63,921 nucleotides of DNA, filler included, from Octopus bimaculoides (GCF_001194135.2; 3 parts of 3 records of this genome joined end to end with filler, not necessarily neighbours in it), one strand, 5' to 3'. Positions 1 through 12,813 are shown, counted from the first letter of the whole stretch. The notes: generated by a model not told the origin, from the letters alone. A program made the numbers and translations.

Positions 1-50
<50 letters not shown>

Positions 51-66
51 TTATATATATACATAT
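1..66. repeat. (AC)n/(AT)n compound microsatellite
   Basis: Directly visible dinucleotide runs. Confidence 0.97.
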
Positions 67-139
67 ACTTAAGACTTAGTTGTGATCAGAACATAACCTT
101 TTATAACTCTAATTTATCAAATTCAGATTACGAGGCCCA

Positions 140-843
140 AAGTGGGCGTAAGCTACTTCTTGATGGTAATCACTTTGCAAGTGAATGTCTTCTTTTGCTG
201 TCTCCAACCAATTTCTATCTCCTTCTTTACTTTCTGTTGGTGGGAGAATAGCGATTTACTTGTTTGCACGCAATAAGCATCATTACATAAATGATGGTTT
301 TCCGTAAACCAGTTACCTTTTTCTCTGTCTTCAAAACTTGCAATGATACTTTCTTTGTTGTTTCGATTTTGTTTAGTTTTTGAATGTCGTTCATGTAATG
401 CATTGCTGTAGTAACCAGAGCATATAGATAGGTGTTAATCTGCCAGAATATGGGTTCATCATACTACTGTAAGTATCCATCACCAATTTAGTTAACAGCT
501 TTTAATATCGTATCTAATGGTTTTTTACTTACTTTGGTAGAGAATCCTCTCTTTTCGAGAGAGTACTTCAAATCCAAAGTTATTTTTTTGCGGAAAATTT
601 CAGTAAGGGCACATTTCGCCGGTATAAAATGCTGACTACCACTACTATTACGATAACCATTGCGGTTGTGTTTGCTATTTACCATAGTCGTAGTAGGGGG
701 ACATAGGTCAGTTACTTGAGCAAGTAATGTAATTTGGCTGGCAGTATGTATGTATCTATGTATGTATGTTTCATGTACTATCGCAGAAGTTACAAAGTGG
801 CTCAAGTGGCGATTGTGTTGCACACATGCGCACATACCTAAAC

Positions 844-891
<48 letters not shown>

Positions 892-1340
892 TCTAATGAA
901 CAGACGTAGAAACCCTCGCTCTAAGTATTCATAGTAGGCAAACCATGAATCTATTTTGCAGAACAAACAGCAGTTTAATTATTTCAGTTTCGTTTGTGTT
1001 TGCCAGCTCATAATACGTGTTAACATGGGCACATCCGGCAGATTTCGATATGCATTGCTGGATGTAACATTTCCTCTCCTGATACCAAGTTTCAGGAGCA
1101 TCGTCTTGTATTAATTTATCTGTACAACCCATTTAGGCCTCGTAATCTGAATTTGATAAATACCTCTTATGATAAAATGTGATTGCTCCTAGTCTTTTAG
1201 CTGTTGTTCTACACTGGAGCAAGCAGATTTGATATATCTGTCGGGAAAACTTATAACGTTCCTGTAACTTGAGTTGTTCTGATGTATTGAATATATAATT
1301 GCATAGCTTTTGAGCGAGTTTATACCAATTCATTGAGGCA
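140..1340 (-). mobile_element. Highly degenerate RTE-like LINE reverse-transcriptase remnant, interrupted by a (TA)n run at ~845-890
   Basis: Manual minus-strand translation gives, in the expected order, ELANTNETEIIKLL (post-FADD-like), TLLAQV (YLG-like), IFRKKITLDLK and LYALVTTAMHYMNDIQKLNKIE, resembling RTE RT C-terminal motifs. Many stops; the clade call is tentative. Confidence 0.4.
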
Positions 1341-1394
1341 AGATCTAAAGATTATTGTATCAGGTCACATAATACCTTGAAACAAATGTTCGGA

Positions 1395-1456
1395 ATCACG
1401 CACACCACACACACACACAGACACAGACACAGACACAGACAGACACAGACGCACAG

Positions 1457-1487
<31 letters not shown>

Positions 1488-1537
1488 AACACACACTCAC
1501 TCAAACAAAATCACACACACACACAAACACACATACT

Positions 1538-1612
<75 letters not shown>
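1395..1612. repeat. (CA)n/(ACAG)n/(AT)n compound microsatellite
   Basis: Visible repeats; these produce the HT/IY-rich ORF 1377..1667. Confidence 0.95.
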
Positions 1613-1615
<3 letters not shown>

Positions 1616-2096
1616 TGATGACTCTCATCGAAAGGTGAATGGCCTTTTGCTATTCATACACGTATAGGCGTCATCCATTATAACGGTTTTTATATTATCG
1701 TACATTGTTACTCTTAGCTTTCAACGAAAATCGCATGAGCTTACCGTTATAGAAATGTTCAAGGGCAATTCTTGCAACTAACCCTTAGTCTGTAAATGCG
1801 CGTGGCTCAGTAACTACTCATGGTAGTAGTTTTTTACAGATTTCCGGATCGGTTGATGCGTTGTATTTTGATTTTTAAGTATCCCTAGTCCTCTTAGCTG
1901 ACAAAAATAAATAATTGCGACAGATAAGCGTCTAAGACAATGGAGAAATTCTATGCCATCAGAATCTGAGATACTGGTCTTACAGGCGTTTCGTTCGGAA
2001 ATGCACCATATTTTTGATACTAAATCCCTTATAGTAATAAAAACAAAAGAACGATGATGTAAACGATAATAATAACAAACAACAATAATATAACTT

Positions 2097-2282
2097 TCTA
2101 TTGTAGTCGCAGGGTTTAAACTTTGTGGAAGAGGGCTAGTCAATTTCATCGAGTTCAGGGTTCAACTGGTACTTAATTTATCGAGCTCGAAAGGATGCTC
2201 GGTGGAAACTGGACAGAGAGCTTAATGTCGGGAGAAATGCTGCTAACCACTTTGTGATGCGTGTTAACGATTTTGCCGACTT
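2097..2282 (-). mobile_element. tRNA-derived SINE, family A (degenerate)
   Basis: Shares ggtacttaatttatcga..cgaaaggatg with the other family A copies. Confidence 0.7.
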
Positions 2283-2311
2283 AACCTCTTAATTGTAACA
2301 ATAATAATAAT

Positions 2312-2578
2312 AATAATGGGTAAGGGCTTTGTCAATATCTGCATTATTCGCTCTCTTTGGGTATTTGCCATTGAGAGGTTTTCCATGCCATTTATCAGTC
2401 ATAATATCTAAGGCAGCAATTTTAGCACGGGTTTTCAAGCGATTAGCTTTTTCTGCGGGTGTTTCAAGTTCGTCTAATTCTTGAATTTGTTGCAATTGAA
2501 ATTCACTTAGATATTCCTTTGCCTGTTTTGTTACTGAGTAAGATGCTTTCTTGCTTTCATGTTTTGAGACAAGTTTTA
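2312..2578 (-). mobile_element. R4/Dong-like (RLE-type) non-LTR retrotransposon fragment, family 1
   Basis: Encodes KLVSKHESKKASYSVTKQAKEYL...KWHGKPLNGKYPKRANNADID; clearly homologous to the copy at 21790-22035; flanked by (AAT/ATT)n on both sides. Confidence 0.8.
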
Positions 2579-2579
2579 T

Positions 2580-2584
2580 TATTA

Positions 2585-2672
<88 letters not shown>
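2580..2672. repeat. (ATT)n microsatellite; probable (TAA)n tail of the adjacent Tx1-like LINE
   Basis: About 30 units; on the minus strand it directly follows gtggccaataaacaaa. Confidence 0.9.
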
Positions 2673-2673
<1 letters not shown>

Positions 2674-3590
2674 TGTTTATTGGCCACCAGGACGAACACA
2701 AAACATTGCGGACGATACACAGACGAGGGACAGTGAGGTTAAACTTGAAAATGCCAACAAACACAACCATTAACAAAGAGATTAAATTAAAAATATGCTT
2801 CCCGAATAGAGAGGAGTTCCACCGTAAGGTGACCAAAGAGATCACACGCATTTTGGACACCCTAACACCAACGGTAACTGAGGAAGGCACCCTTTCCTCT
2901 CCTTTCCTTCCGGCCTACAGGCGCAATTTAGAGTAGGCCCATTCACGCGGGCCATTCTTGGTACATTCACCCACATTTCAACGTACTTACTGGGTAACAG
3001 TACCTGCCTCTCCAGCCTTACTTTCCTTTTCAGGTGGAACCTGAAAAAATTAATGAGGTCTTGGCCAAAGAGGAAGGTACCCGTCTTTAACCCTCTCAAT
3101 AGCTTCCACCACACTCCCTTCCTGGCCAAACGAAGGAGGCGGAGCGTTCTTCACAATGGACTCGGACGATAGCCGGAACCGTCCTACACGTGACAATAAC
3201 TGTCCGACAAAGCTCCATGAGTCAGCAATGCGCGGACACTGTACGATAGCGTGCAAAACAGTTTCATTACTCCACGTGAATCTTAGACAAGCCCGACTGA
3301 CTGCATACCGGTGCCTGTAGAGCTTATCTCGAACCGGCAGCGATCCCCGGTAGCACTGCCAGGTGAGGGATTTCTGGAAGTTATCCAGAGTTACCAGCCC
3401 GAAAGTCCTCCAGAAGAGACTAGCCAGTTTATCGCCCTCGAAGCTCAGGACCTCTCTGAGTAAGTTGTCGCTCTTGCCCTTCACTAATCCCCTAAAGAAC
3501 TCCAGTGCGCAACTTCCACCGACTGCATTGCCCGATTGGCCGCTTGGAGACACGCTAGTTGCCAGGCGCCCTGCCTCGGTCTACGCCTGA
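2673..3590 (-). mobile_element. L1/Tx1-like LINE 3' fragment (ORF2 C-terminus plus 3' UTR)
   Basis: ORF 3050..3553: DNFQKSLTWQCYRGSLPVRDKLYRH...ACLRFTWSNETVLHAIVQCP, a decayed CCHC region of ORF2; continues as GVWW..RGLKTGTFLFGQDLINFFRFHLKRKVR; AATAAA then the (TAA)n tail. Confidence 0.75.
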
Positions 3591-3598
3591 TGCATGAC

Positions 3599-3726
3599 TG
3601 ATAATCCTTTCTATGATAAGCACAAGGCCTGAAATTTGGGGAACGGAACAGTCGATTAGATCGACCCCAGTACGCAACTTGTACTTAATTTATCGACCAC
3701 GAAAGAATGATAGGTAAAGTCGACTT
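3599..3726 (-). mobile_element. SINE family A, 3' half
   Basis: Reverse complement of gtactggggtcgatctaatcgact...aaatttcaggccttgtgc. Confidence 0.85.
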
Positions 3727-3760
<34 letters not shown>

Positions 3761-3800
3761 TAATAATAATAATAATAATAATTATTATTATTATTATTAT

Positions 3801-4000
3801 TTCAAATTTTAGCAAGAAGTCAGCAATTTTAGATCAAGTAGCTAGTCGATTACGTGAACCCTAGTAGACAGTAGCACATATTTTATCGACCTCGACAGTA
3901 TGAAAGGCAAAGTCGATCTCGGCGGAATTTGAACTCAGAAAGTAACGTCAGATGAAATGTCGCTAAACAATTTATCTTTCGTGCTAACGAGTCTACTGGT
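3801..4000 (-). mobile_element. SINE family A, near full length
   Basis: gaaaggcaaagtcgatctcggcggaatttgaactcagaa is the reverse complement of the B-box region ttctgagttcaaattccgccgag. Confidence 0.88.
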
Positions 4001-4009
4001 TCATTGCCA

Positions 4010-4033
4010 AAATAATAATAAAAATAATAATAA

Positions 4034-4091
<58 letters not shown>

Positions 4092-4092
4092 T

Positions 4093-4135
<43 letters not shown>

Positions 4136-4256
4136 CAGTAGCAGTAGCAGCAGCAGCAGCAATGATAATAATAATAATAAGAAGAAAAAGGAGAAGAAGA
4201 AGAAGAAGAAGTAGAAGATGAAGAAGAAGAATAAGAAGAAGAAGAAGAAGAAGAAT

Positions 4257-4325
<69 letters not shown>

Positions 4326-4335
4326 GATAATCATA
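4010..4335. repeat. Compound trinucleotide array (AAT)(AGT)(AGC)(AAT)(AAG)(GAT)
   Basis: Visible; source of the poly-S/H/T/I/L ORFs at 3883-4601. Confidence 0.97.
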
Positions 4336-4825
4336 ATGTAAAAAAAAAATTCTAAATGAAGCATAGAAGATATTAAAAACTTTATAAAGAGAAATGCAAA
4401 ATGACATAGGCTTATATTGTTTCCACTATAGACACTATTAAACAGAGAATGCATTTGTCTGGCATGCTTTCGGTTCTCTTGGCGATTAAAGAAAAACAAA
4501 CGAAACGTAAATAACCGGAAAAAAGAAATTATCAAAAATAAACAATCGAATTTAGATATCAACGAAGAAAATTCTCTTAACAATAACAAAGATATCATCA
4601 AATGTTATACATGTCTATAAACCGAGTATACACACATTCACACAAAAACACACTATACAAATATATGCCTATTCTATGCCTACCCCAAACATACTTACAT
4701 ACGCATTTTCGTTCAGAGATACTCGCAATCATTCTCATACATACATACAAACATACATAGATACATACATACATGCATGCATACATATACATACATATAT
4801 ACATACACACGTATATATATATGCA

Positions 4826-4867
<42 letters not shown>

Positions 4868-4940
4868 CTTATGCACACATATATACATACACACACATAT
4901 ATATATATATATATACACGCACACGTATATATATATATAT

Positions 4941-5244
4941 NNNNNNNNNNNNNNNNNNNNNNNNNNNNNNNNNNNNNNNNNNNNNNNNNNNNNNNNNNNN
5001 NNNNNNNNNNNNNNNNNNNNNNNNNNNNNNNNNNNNNNNNNNNNNNNNNNNNNNNNNNNNNNNNNNNNNNNNNNNNNNNNNNNNNNNNNNNNNNNNNNNN
5101 NNNNNNNNNNNNNNNNNNNNNNNNNNNNNNNNNNNNNNNNNNNNNNNNNNNNNNNNNNNNNNNNNNNNNNNNNNNNNNNNNNNNNNNNNNNNNNNNNNNN
5201 NNNNNNNNNNNNNNNNNNNNNNNNNNNNNNNNNNNNNNNNNNNN
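4941..5244. other. Assembly gap. Other N-gaps: 12515-12764, 18532-18767, 20947-21328, 43591-43737, 47194-47570, 48253-48337, 51376-51476, 54279-54644, 55725-56061, 58206-59190, 60004-60029, 60865-60940, 63621-63630
   Basis: N runs; most are bordered by (TA)n/(CA)n microsatellites. Confidence 0.99.
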
Positions 5245-5970
5245 TATGTATGTATGTATGTGTGTGTTTCTGTGTGTGTAAGTGTGTATGTATGTATGTA
5301 TGTATGTATGTATGTATGTATGTATGCATGCATGTACGTATATGAACTATTAAAATACATAAATAGCAGAATATACGACATCGTTCTTGGAAAGTAAATT
5401 ATGTTTTAATGCTATACAATCAAATGGGGAAAAAACTATGTTATAATGAATAGCTTCGCGGAAATACAAATACATAGAATATTTATACCCAAGAGTGTTT
5501 GTAAACGCTGTACAATTAGTGTTTACATTTATATATGTATATTTTATACTTGTATGTATAATTTCCAAAACACATTTCTCCTATGGCACGTCTTCAATAA
5601 TGTGATAACTGATGGGTAAGGGAGATAATCCTTTGATTAATGTTTTTAACAACATGGATTTTTTATACAAATATTTGAAATTGTCATTAATCTACTGTAG
5701 ATCGAAATGGGAGAATAAGTTGTTAATTTAATGTTGAAGTATTTTATGAAGATCATTGTATTTGGTCTTTCTTTTGCTGTACAAATCAATGCTAATCTAG
5801 AAGCCTAATAATATGAAGCGGGGCTAACCCTCCAACGGGTCGAGAACCATTTCGGGTCTATAGATCACTTCATATCAAACCACAGAGAAAGAACAACTTG
5901 TTAAATCCTATATTTACCTTGTCTGTCGCAGACTTCAGGGTGATTGGCGACATGTAAGTTTAATATATAA

Positions 5971-6243
5971 GTGAAGGCACGTGGCTTAGTGGTTAGGGTC
6001 GCGAGTTCAATTCCCGTTGTGTATTCTTGTGCAAGACACTTTATTTCACTGTATCCCAGTTCACTCAGCTGGCAAAAATACGTGGTACCTGTATTTCAAG
6101 GGGCCAGCCATGTCACACTCTGTGTCACGCTAAATCGCCCTGAGAACTACGTGAAGTGTTACACGTGTCTGTGGTGTGCTCATCCACTTGCACGTTAATC
6201 TCATGAGCAAGCTGTTCCGTTGATCGTAAACGACGGAGTGCCA
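5971..6243 (+). mobile_element. tRNA-derived SINE, family B2 (head with internal deletion)
   Basis: A-box-like gtggcttagtggttaggg, B-box gagttcaattccc, cttgtgcaagacactttatttcac core, and the 3' module shared with family B ending gacggagtgcc. Confidence 0.85.
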
Positions 6244-6443
6244 GGTTTATAAATGTATATAATATATATGTATTATAGTGTGGAGGCGTGCAAGATTGTT
6301 ACTGCACCGGAAAAAAATGCTTAGGAGCATTCCTTCCGACTTTACGTTTTTTGGTTGACGTAAACTGTAGTAGTTTAATGCATATATACATACATATATA
6401 CATGCACACACAGATATTGTGTACATACATACTTACATATATA

Positions 6444-6514
<71 letters not shown>

Positions 6515-6882
6515 TATACATGTATGTCTGTGTTTAACGTTTTTTTTATGTTCTGTATCCATATATGCATGTATATATACATATATGCGTAGGTATGTAC
6601 ACATACGTTTGTATATATTTTTTATTTATTTATGTGTTTCAGCCAAGTGGCTGCGGTCATGCTGGTGCACCACATATATTTATATATTATTTATATTATT
6701 ATATGATCAAACGCCACGCATCTTGTTCCAAGTATGTTTTATCTTAATAATTACGATGCGCACTCTTCTTCTATCTCTACTATCTCTTCTCTGTCTATCT
6801 CTCTCCCTCTGCTGTTCTTCATCCTTTCTGTTTTTCTCTCCCACCCATTCTCTATTCTTCTCCTCTCCCCTTCACCGTTCCC

Positions 6883-6914
<32 letters not shown>

Positions 6915-7420
6915 TCCTCCTTGACTCTCTCATCACTAACACGTGACGAAAGGGGATGTATCTTTCTGTCCATTTCTTTCCTAAAGACAAGACGTGCTTT
7001 TGCTTGTCTCCTCTCATGGCTCGTCCTCCTAGCGTTCATAATAATTTTTCTATCAACTTGGTTCAACAGCCCTCACCGTTTGTTTTTACTATCTTGTTCT
7101 CACTGTCCTGTTCCTGTTAACACTTTCACGCTCCGCAAAAAAATCCCAAATTTGATTTAATTTGCATAGCTGGGAGGACTGTTTCAACGAAGTCGTGTAT
7201 TACCCTTACCTTCGAAACACGGAGTAGATAAAACAGGGACAACTGATGAAGGGGAATATTCTTTATGTTGCTTGTCTCGTTTGTCTGTTTTTTTCGTTGT
7301 TCGAAAAAAGTTCGTTTTCTGTTTTCGTCTCTTAGTGTTTAGCGTTTTTTTTATGTCCTGTACCCATATATGCATGTATATATACATATATATGTAGGTA
7401 CGTAGATATGTATCTACATT

Positions 7421-7469
<49 letters not shown>

Positions 7470-8190
7470 GAGATTCAGATGAATTAGGTACTTAAGTTAA
7501 GACATCAAAAATTATTATCCGTACAATTTCAAAAGAAGATAAATAAAATCAAAATAAGCAACAGGATATCCAGAGGTGATGCAGTATGACCGTTTCAAGC
7601 GGCTCAATTTAATTGAAGATTGCAGTCATTAGACAAATTTAAATGCAGAGCTATCCTCAGCTGCATAAATATGTAAATAGAATTTAAACAGTCGGACACA
7701 TTTGTATAATTTTATTTAAATCCTATAAGAGGGTAAGAAGACAGACAAAGTCCAAACTGATTTCACTTTAGCTTAGAAGCTACTAAGACATCAGGAAAAG
7801 AAAGAAACTTGTTAGTTTCTAGCTTGTCACTGATTTTTTGGGGTCGGTTATAATTTATAGTCCTAGTTTATCAAATCTTTGTATATCAAAATCTAACACA
7901 ATAGAGCGGTGTATGTTAAGAAAGGAATGACAGAATCATAGTGGGTATATCCATAAAACTTGTCAAGATTATTTTGAAGGAGTATAAAGTAACTGGCTAT
8001 AATGTGGTTTGGTAAAGGAAGATCTTAAATCAAGATGTTAATTACCATTAAAGGGGCAAGACTCTAATAAAAGTAAGGGTGATAATACAGTGGAAATTTT
8101 TATCATGGGGTACTATACTTGAATGATTCAAACAATAGTGTTATATTGTATAAAGATAAAATTTAGGTTTAGCGAAATATATCCAGAAAA
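7470..8190 (-). mobile_element. Possible Penelope-like element remnant
   Basis: Minus-strand CPFNGN motif resembles the Cys-rich linker before the GIY-YIG domain of Penelope-like elements; otherwise highly degraded. Confidence 0.3.
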
Positions 8191-8204
8191 TATTATTACC
8201 AAAA

Positions 8205-8267
<63 letters not shown>

Positions 8268-8325
8268 AGGGTTGCTTCTACTTGAATGCTTTTGATTATA
8301 AGTTTCGTCGATCATGTCCTCTTAC

Positions 8326-8713
8326 TGTTGTTGTTGGCACTCCGTCGCTTACGACATCGAGGGTTCCAGTTGATCCGATCAACTGAACAGCCTGCTCGTG
8401 AAATTAACGTGCAAGTGGCTGAGCACTCCACAGACACCTGTACCATTAAAGTAGTTCTCGGAGATATTCAGCGTGACACAGTGTGACAAGGCTGGCCCTT
8501 TGAATTACAGGTACAACAGAAACAGGAAGAAAGAGTGAGAGAAAGTTGTGGTGAAAGAGTACAGCATGGTTCGCCACCATCCCCTGCCGGAGCCTCGTGG
8601 AGCTTTAGGTGTTTTCGCTCAATAAACACTCGCAACGCCCGGTCTGGGAATCGAAACAGCGATCCTATGAACGCGAGTCCGCTGCTCTAACCAATTGGCC
8701 ATTGCGCCTCCAC
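8326..8713 (-). mobile_element. SINE family B, full length
   Basis: Homologous along its length to 13733-14125; 11-bp TSD tgtcct(c/g)ttac at 8315-8325 and 8714-8724; (CAA)n tail. Confidence 0.93.
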
Positions 8714-9709
8714 TGTCCTGTTACTAGACAGCTACTAATACAAAGAGAATATACGAATCAAGATATAGTCTCTAAATGGTTGCCCGGTCTCCAAGAAATG
8801 GGTGTAAAATCCCTTACAAATAACATTCTGCTGCCTCAGACAAAAGTCTATCACATTCGATAATTTCTTCTTGTATACTATCTATAAAGGCTGAATGGGC
8901 AAGACTGAAATGACTTTCATCATAGGACTACTCATAAGCAATTGTTCTCCAGCTAAATAACTCCAGCAACTGAAGCAACAAAAACGACATCAACACCATC
9001 AACATGAACGAACATCATCAACCAATAAATAGTTATTTTAAAGAAAAAAATACAATACACGTTTACTATATTATGTGCAGTATGTTATTTTGTTTAGATG
9101 TAATGCACAACTACATTGTTGCACTCTATGACAGTAAAATGGAGAAAATAAGCATATCCAAAATTGAGCCAGAGGCAATGTTTATTATCTAGTTACTGAG
9201 AATTACCATTCAAGAAGAAGACGAATTAGAAGACAATCGTAAGTAGAAAGAATATGAGACAACAGAGCAGCAAATTAGCAAGAAGGTAGCAAATTTAATC
9301 AGAAGTAGCATCTACTAATTATTAGATATCTTTCAAAGTTCATTAGTATGGGTGAGAGTTCAAGTTATTGGAATAGCACATCATTACCAAGTGTTGCAAT
9401 GCTGTGGTTTGAGAAACAAGAAACGCAAAGAATATAACAAATGAAAATAAAAGTTAACTGGACGGGATGAGTGTAATAATAAAAGCGAGTTGAAGAATAA
9501 CTAAAAACATATATAAGGGGGAAAATGAATGTAAGAGGGTTGACACGAAGAAGATCAATACTTGCATGAAGAATAACAAGAGCAACAACCGGACAAGTAG
9601 AATAATAGGCAGGAGAATGATGACAGAGAAGGAGACTAATGAGAAGGGAAAAGAAAATAAATGCGATAACGATTAGGACAACGGCGGCGGCGACGATGAC
9701 GACAACGAC

Positions 9710-9816
9710 GAAGAAGAAGAAGAAGAAGAAGAAGAAGAAGAAGAAGAAGAAGAAGAAGAAGAAGAAGAAGAAGAAGAAGAAGAAGAAGAAGAAGAAGAAG
9801 AAGAAGAAGAAGAAGA
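9710..9816. repeat. Perfect (AAG)n microsatellite, about 35 units
   Basis: Visible; source of the poly-K ORF 9639..9827. Confidence 0.98.
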
Positions 9817-10261
9817 TTGTGAGCTAATCGAGTAACTGTAGGTCTGGTGCTGTTATATTAGGACAACGGCATTTGAGTGATTGCCGACTTCATTAGTTCC
9901 TAGCGCATAATACAAATTCTGTTGAATTTTCTGTAACTAATCTTCTTTCTTTTTCTGAATTAACTAACCAATCTGTTGAATCAGATGAAATGTATACGAT
10001 ATATTATTTATTTAGGAAAGCCTCTTATAAAACTGTACTTCAACTCGGTACTTATATTTTGACCCATTTGCTGTTAATTCTAACCACATATATTCATACC
10101 ATTTCAAGAGCACGTAACTGTTTTTGCTGACCCACTGATATGCTCTGGTCGATCAGACATAAAGTAAAAAAATATTCCAAAATGACCATCATGACTGGTA
10201 TATTTCAATTTCAGATATAGTATGTGTAAGCATACATTATCTTCCTAATATTACTTTCTCT

Positions 10262-10458
10262 TTCCAGGCGATGAGCTAACAGAATCGTTAGCCGACCGTA
10301 CACAATACTTAGAGGTATTCCGTCCGTCTTTACGTTCTGAGTTCAAATGCTACCAGGGTTAAATTTTGCTTCCACCCTGTCAGTATGTACAAACAAAGTA
10401 CCGATGGAGCACTGGCGTCGATGAAATCGATTGAATTCTCAAATTTGAAACCAATATT
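10262..10458 (+). mobile_element. SINE family A
   Basis: ggcgatgagctaacagaatcgttag...tttacgttctgagttcaaat...gtcgatgaaatcga. Confidence 0.8.
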
Positions 10459-12764
10459 GCTTTCACTACGTTGGTAAGGTGTGACTTCAAGAATAAAATT
10501 TGCTATTTATAGAATTTCTGAAGCCGGTGATATGCGCTGGCGACCCAAGTTTTTCTACCATGCATGTATATGGTATGTCTGAAATGAATATTTGTATTTG
10601 GTTTGCAAGATTCTTGATGTGATTTCGTGTGCTTCCGGTTCAATATCACTTCTTAATTGTTGCGCAATTCTTTGAATATTTAACCAACTAACTAATTACA
10701 CTTTCAAAGCAAGTGTGTATAATTAGATGCTTTTGGTTTGTTTGTTAGATCCGTATAGAATAAGTTAGTAGTTGTAATTAGGTTTGGTGGGTATTGGATC
10801 TAATCATTTGATAATACAAAGATCAAAGATTCGAATTAGAACTACAAAATAAGAAGCACCAAACATTGTCTAAAAGTAAAAATCTAGACCACACATACAA
10901 TAGCAATTGCAATTGTAGAACACGTTCATCCTCGCTCTTGAAGGTAACTGTTTCTCAGGAAATATCCTATATAGTGCAACTGTAACGACAAACACGTTAC
11001 CAACCACTATATTTTAGATATGTAGGTACTGCATATGTTCAAGACACGTTACAAATAACATGTGCGCATTTTTCGAAACTCAAACGGGGAAATGATAGGT
11101 CATTGTTCAAACATATGTGGCAATAGAAATAAATATATTTCCCCATTTAGTATCAATTGAAAAATGCTATCACACGCACAGCCATACTAATATAACAAAG
11201 AAATCTGCTAAATTTGTATTGATGAATCCTATCATATTCTAGCATTCATGAACCAAATTCTGAACCGAAAATCTGAACGAGTCTCTTCATGAAAGCACAG
11301 AATCTTAAAAACTCTAAAACATTTCAAACCAAAAGTTTTTCTAATAGCTAAAAATGTAAATATCTTGTCAACTCCCCTCCTTCCACCTACACCATAAACT
11401 ATCCCCCTAATATACATGAAAATAATTTTTACAAGTACCCTGGAAACTATCTAAAGTACCCTGGAAACTATCTAAAGGTTTCACTGTTTCCAACCAAAAT
11501 TATCACAAAAGTTTTTTCTAATGTAAGTACACAAACTTACAAATGGACACGCATAAAAATAGAATATAAATGTATGCAAGTAAGTTGGAAGATCGTTTTC
11601 TTCTGTAAACCATTTAAAATTTCCTTTTAATTTTAAATTTTACCGATTTCGAAATGATGAAAAGCAAAGTCGAAAATGGTGGCATTTGAACTCGGAACGT
11701 AATGAAGCGAAAGTATTTTTCCCGGCGTGTTAACGATTCTTCCACCTTACCGCATAATAATGGTGCATAATATCAATAAATGAATGAGAAACAATGCTTC
11801 AAACAACAATGAAGCATTTCCCCGAAACACATCGTACCATCTTCGACAAGACATGTAAAAAAAAATTAGATATTATAGTCTTCGTTCTGAAAACGTAGAT
11901 GTAAAGGTCATGACTGGAAACTCTGAAACAAAGGCCTGCTGAATTCGAGTGGGCTAATGCTAAGCTGCGACATTCACACATTTTCACACTATTAATTAAG
12001 CCCTGTTAGATTTCAAGTGGAATTCGAACTCAAGAAAGAACAGCCGGAAACAATGCTACTAAGCATTTTGTCCAGTGTGCAAACGATTCTGCCAGATTAC
12101 AGCTTTTATTAGGTTGAAATATTAAAATGTAACATACAGTGCACCAAGTGTACAAATAGGTGGCGTGCATTCAGTTAACATTACGTGGTAGTTTGGTTCA
12201 TGTGGTTATCTCTTGCAGAAGTTGCTACAGGACATTAGGTTCAGCTAGTGCATTACTCGTCTTTCGGTGCATTGTGCAGTTTATGGATACAGGATAGCCT
12301 AATCCATAATCAAACATTAAGGATGATATTAAGAAAAAGATATGCGGATTATTTCTATAGATGTATACGATATCTATTTATGTACCAGAACAGAGAGACA
12401 ACACTCATGCACTGCAAACAACAGAAATACACCCCGCCACACACATATAGTTGTATACTGCATGGTTGTGCATATAAATATATATACATGCATATATATA
12501 TATATATATATATANNNNNNNNNNNNNNNNNNNNNNNNNNNNNNNNNNNNNNNNNNNNNNNNNNNNNNNNNNNNNNNNNNNNNNNNNNNNNNNNNNNNNN
12601 NNNNNNNNNNNNNNNNNNNNNNNNNNNNNNNNNNNNNNNNNNNNNNNNNNNNNNNNNNNNNNNNNNNNNNNNNNNNNNNNNNNNNNNNNNNNNNNNNNNN
12701 NNNNNNNNNNNNNNNNNNNNNNNNNNNNNNNNNNNNNNNNNNNNNNNNNNNNNNNNNNNNNNNN

Positions 12765-12813
<49 letters not shown>

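Noticed and set aside
1814-2149. ORF with DGIEFLH, vaguely kinase-like
   Set aside because: No HRD/DFG or other kinase motifs; its N-terminus lies in a SINE tail.
8815-8905. Possible minus-strand micro-exon (AFIDSIQEEIIECDRLLSEAAECY, gtaagg donor); a similar candidate at ~10925-10985 (ALYRIFPEKTVTFKSEDE)
   Set aside because: No recognisable family and no linked exons; such short AG..GT frames are expected by chance. RNA-seq would be needed.
11433-11474. 21-bp direct repeat aagtaccctggaaactatcta x2
   Set aside because: A simple tandem duplication with no spacer; not CRISPR-like, and the context is eukaryotic.
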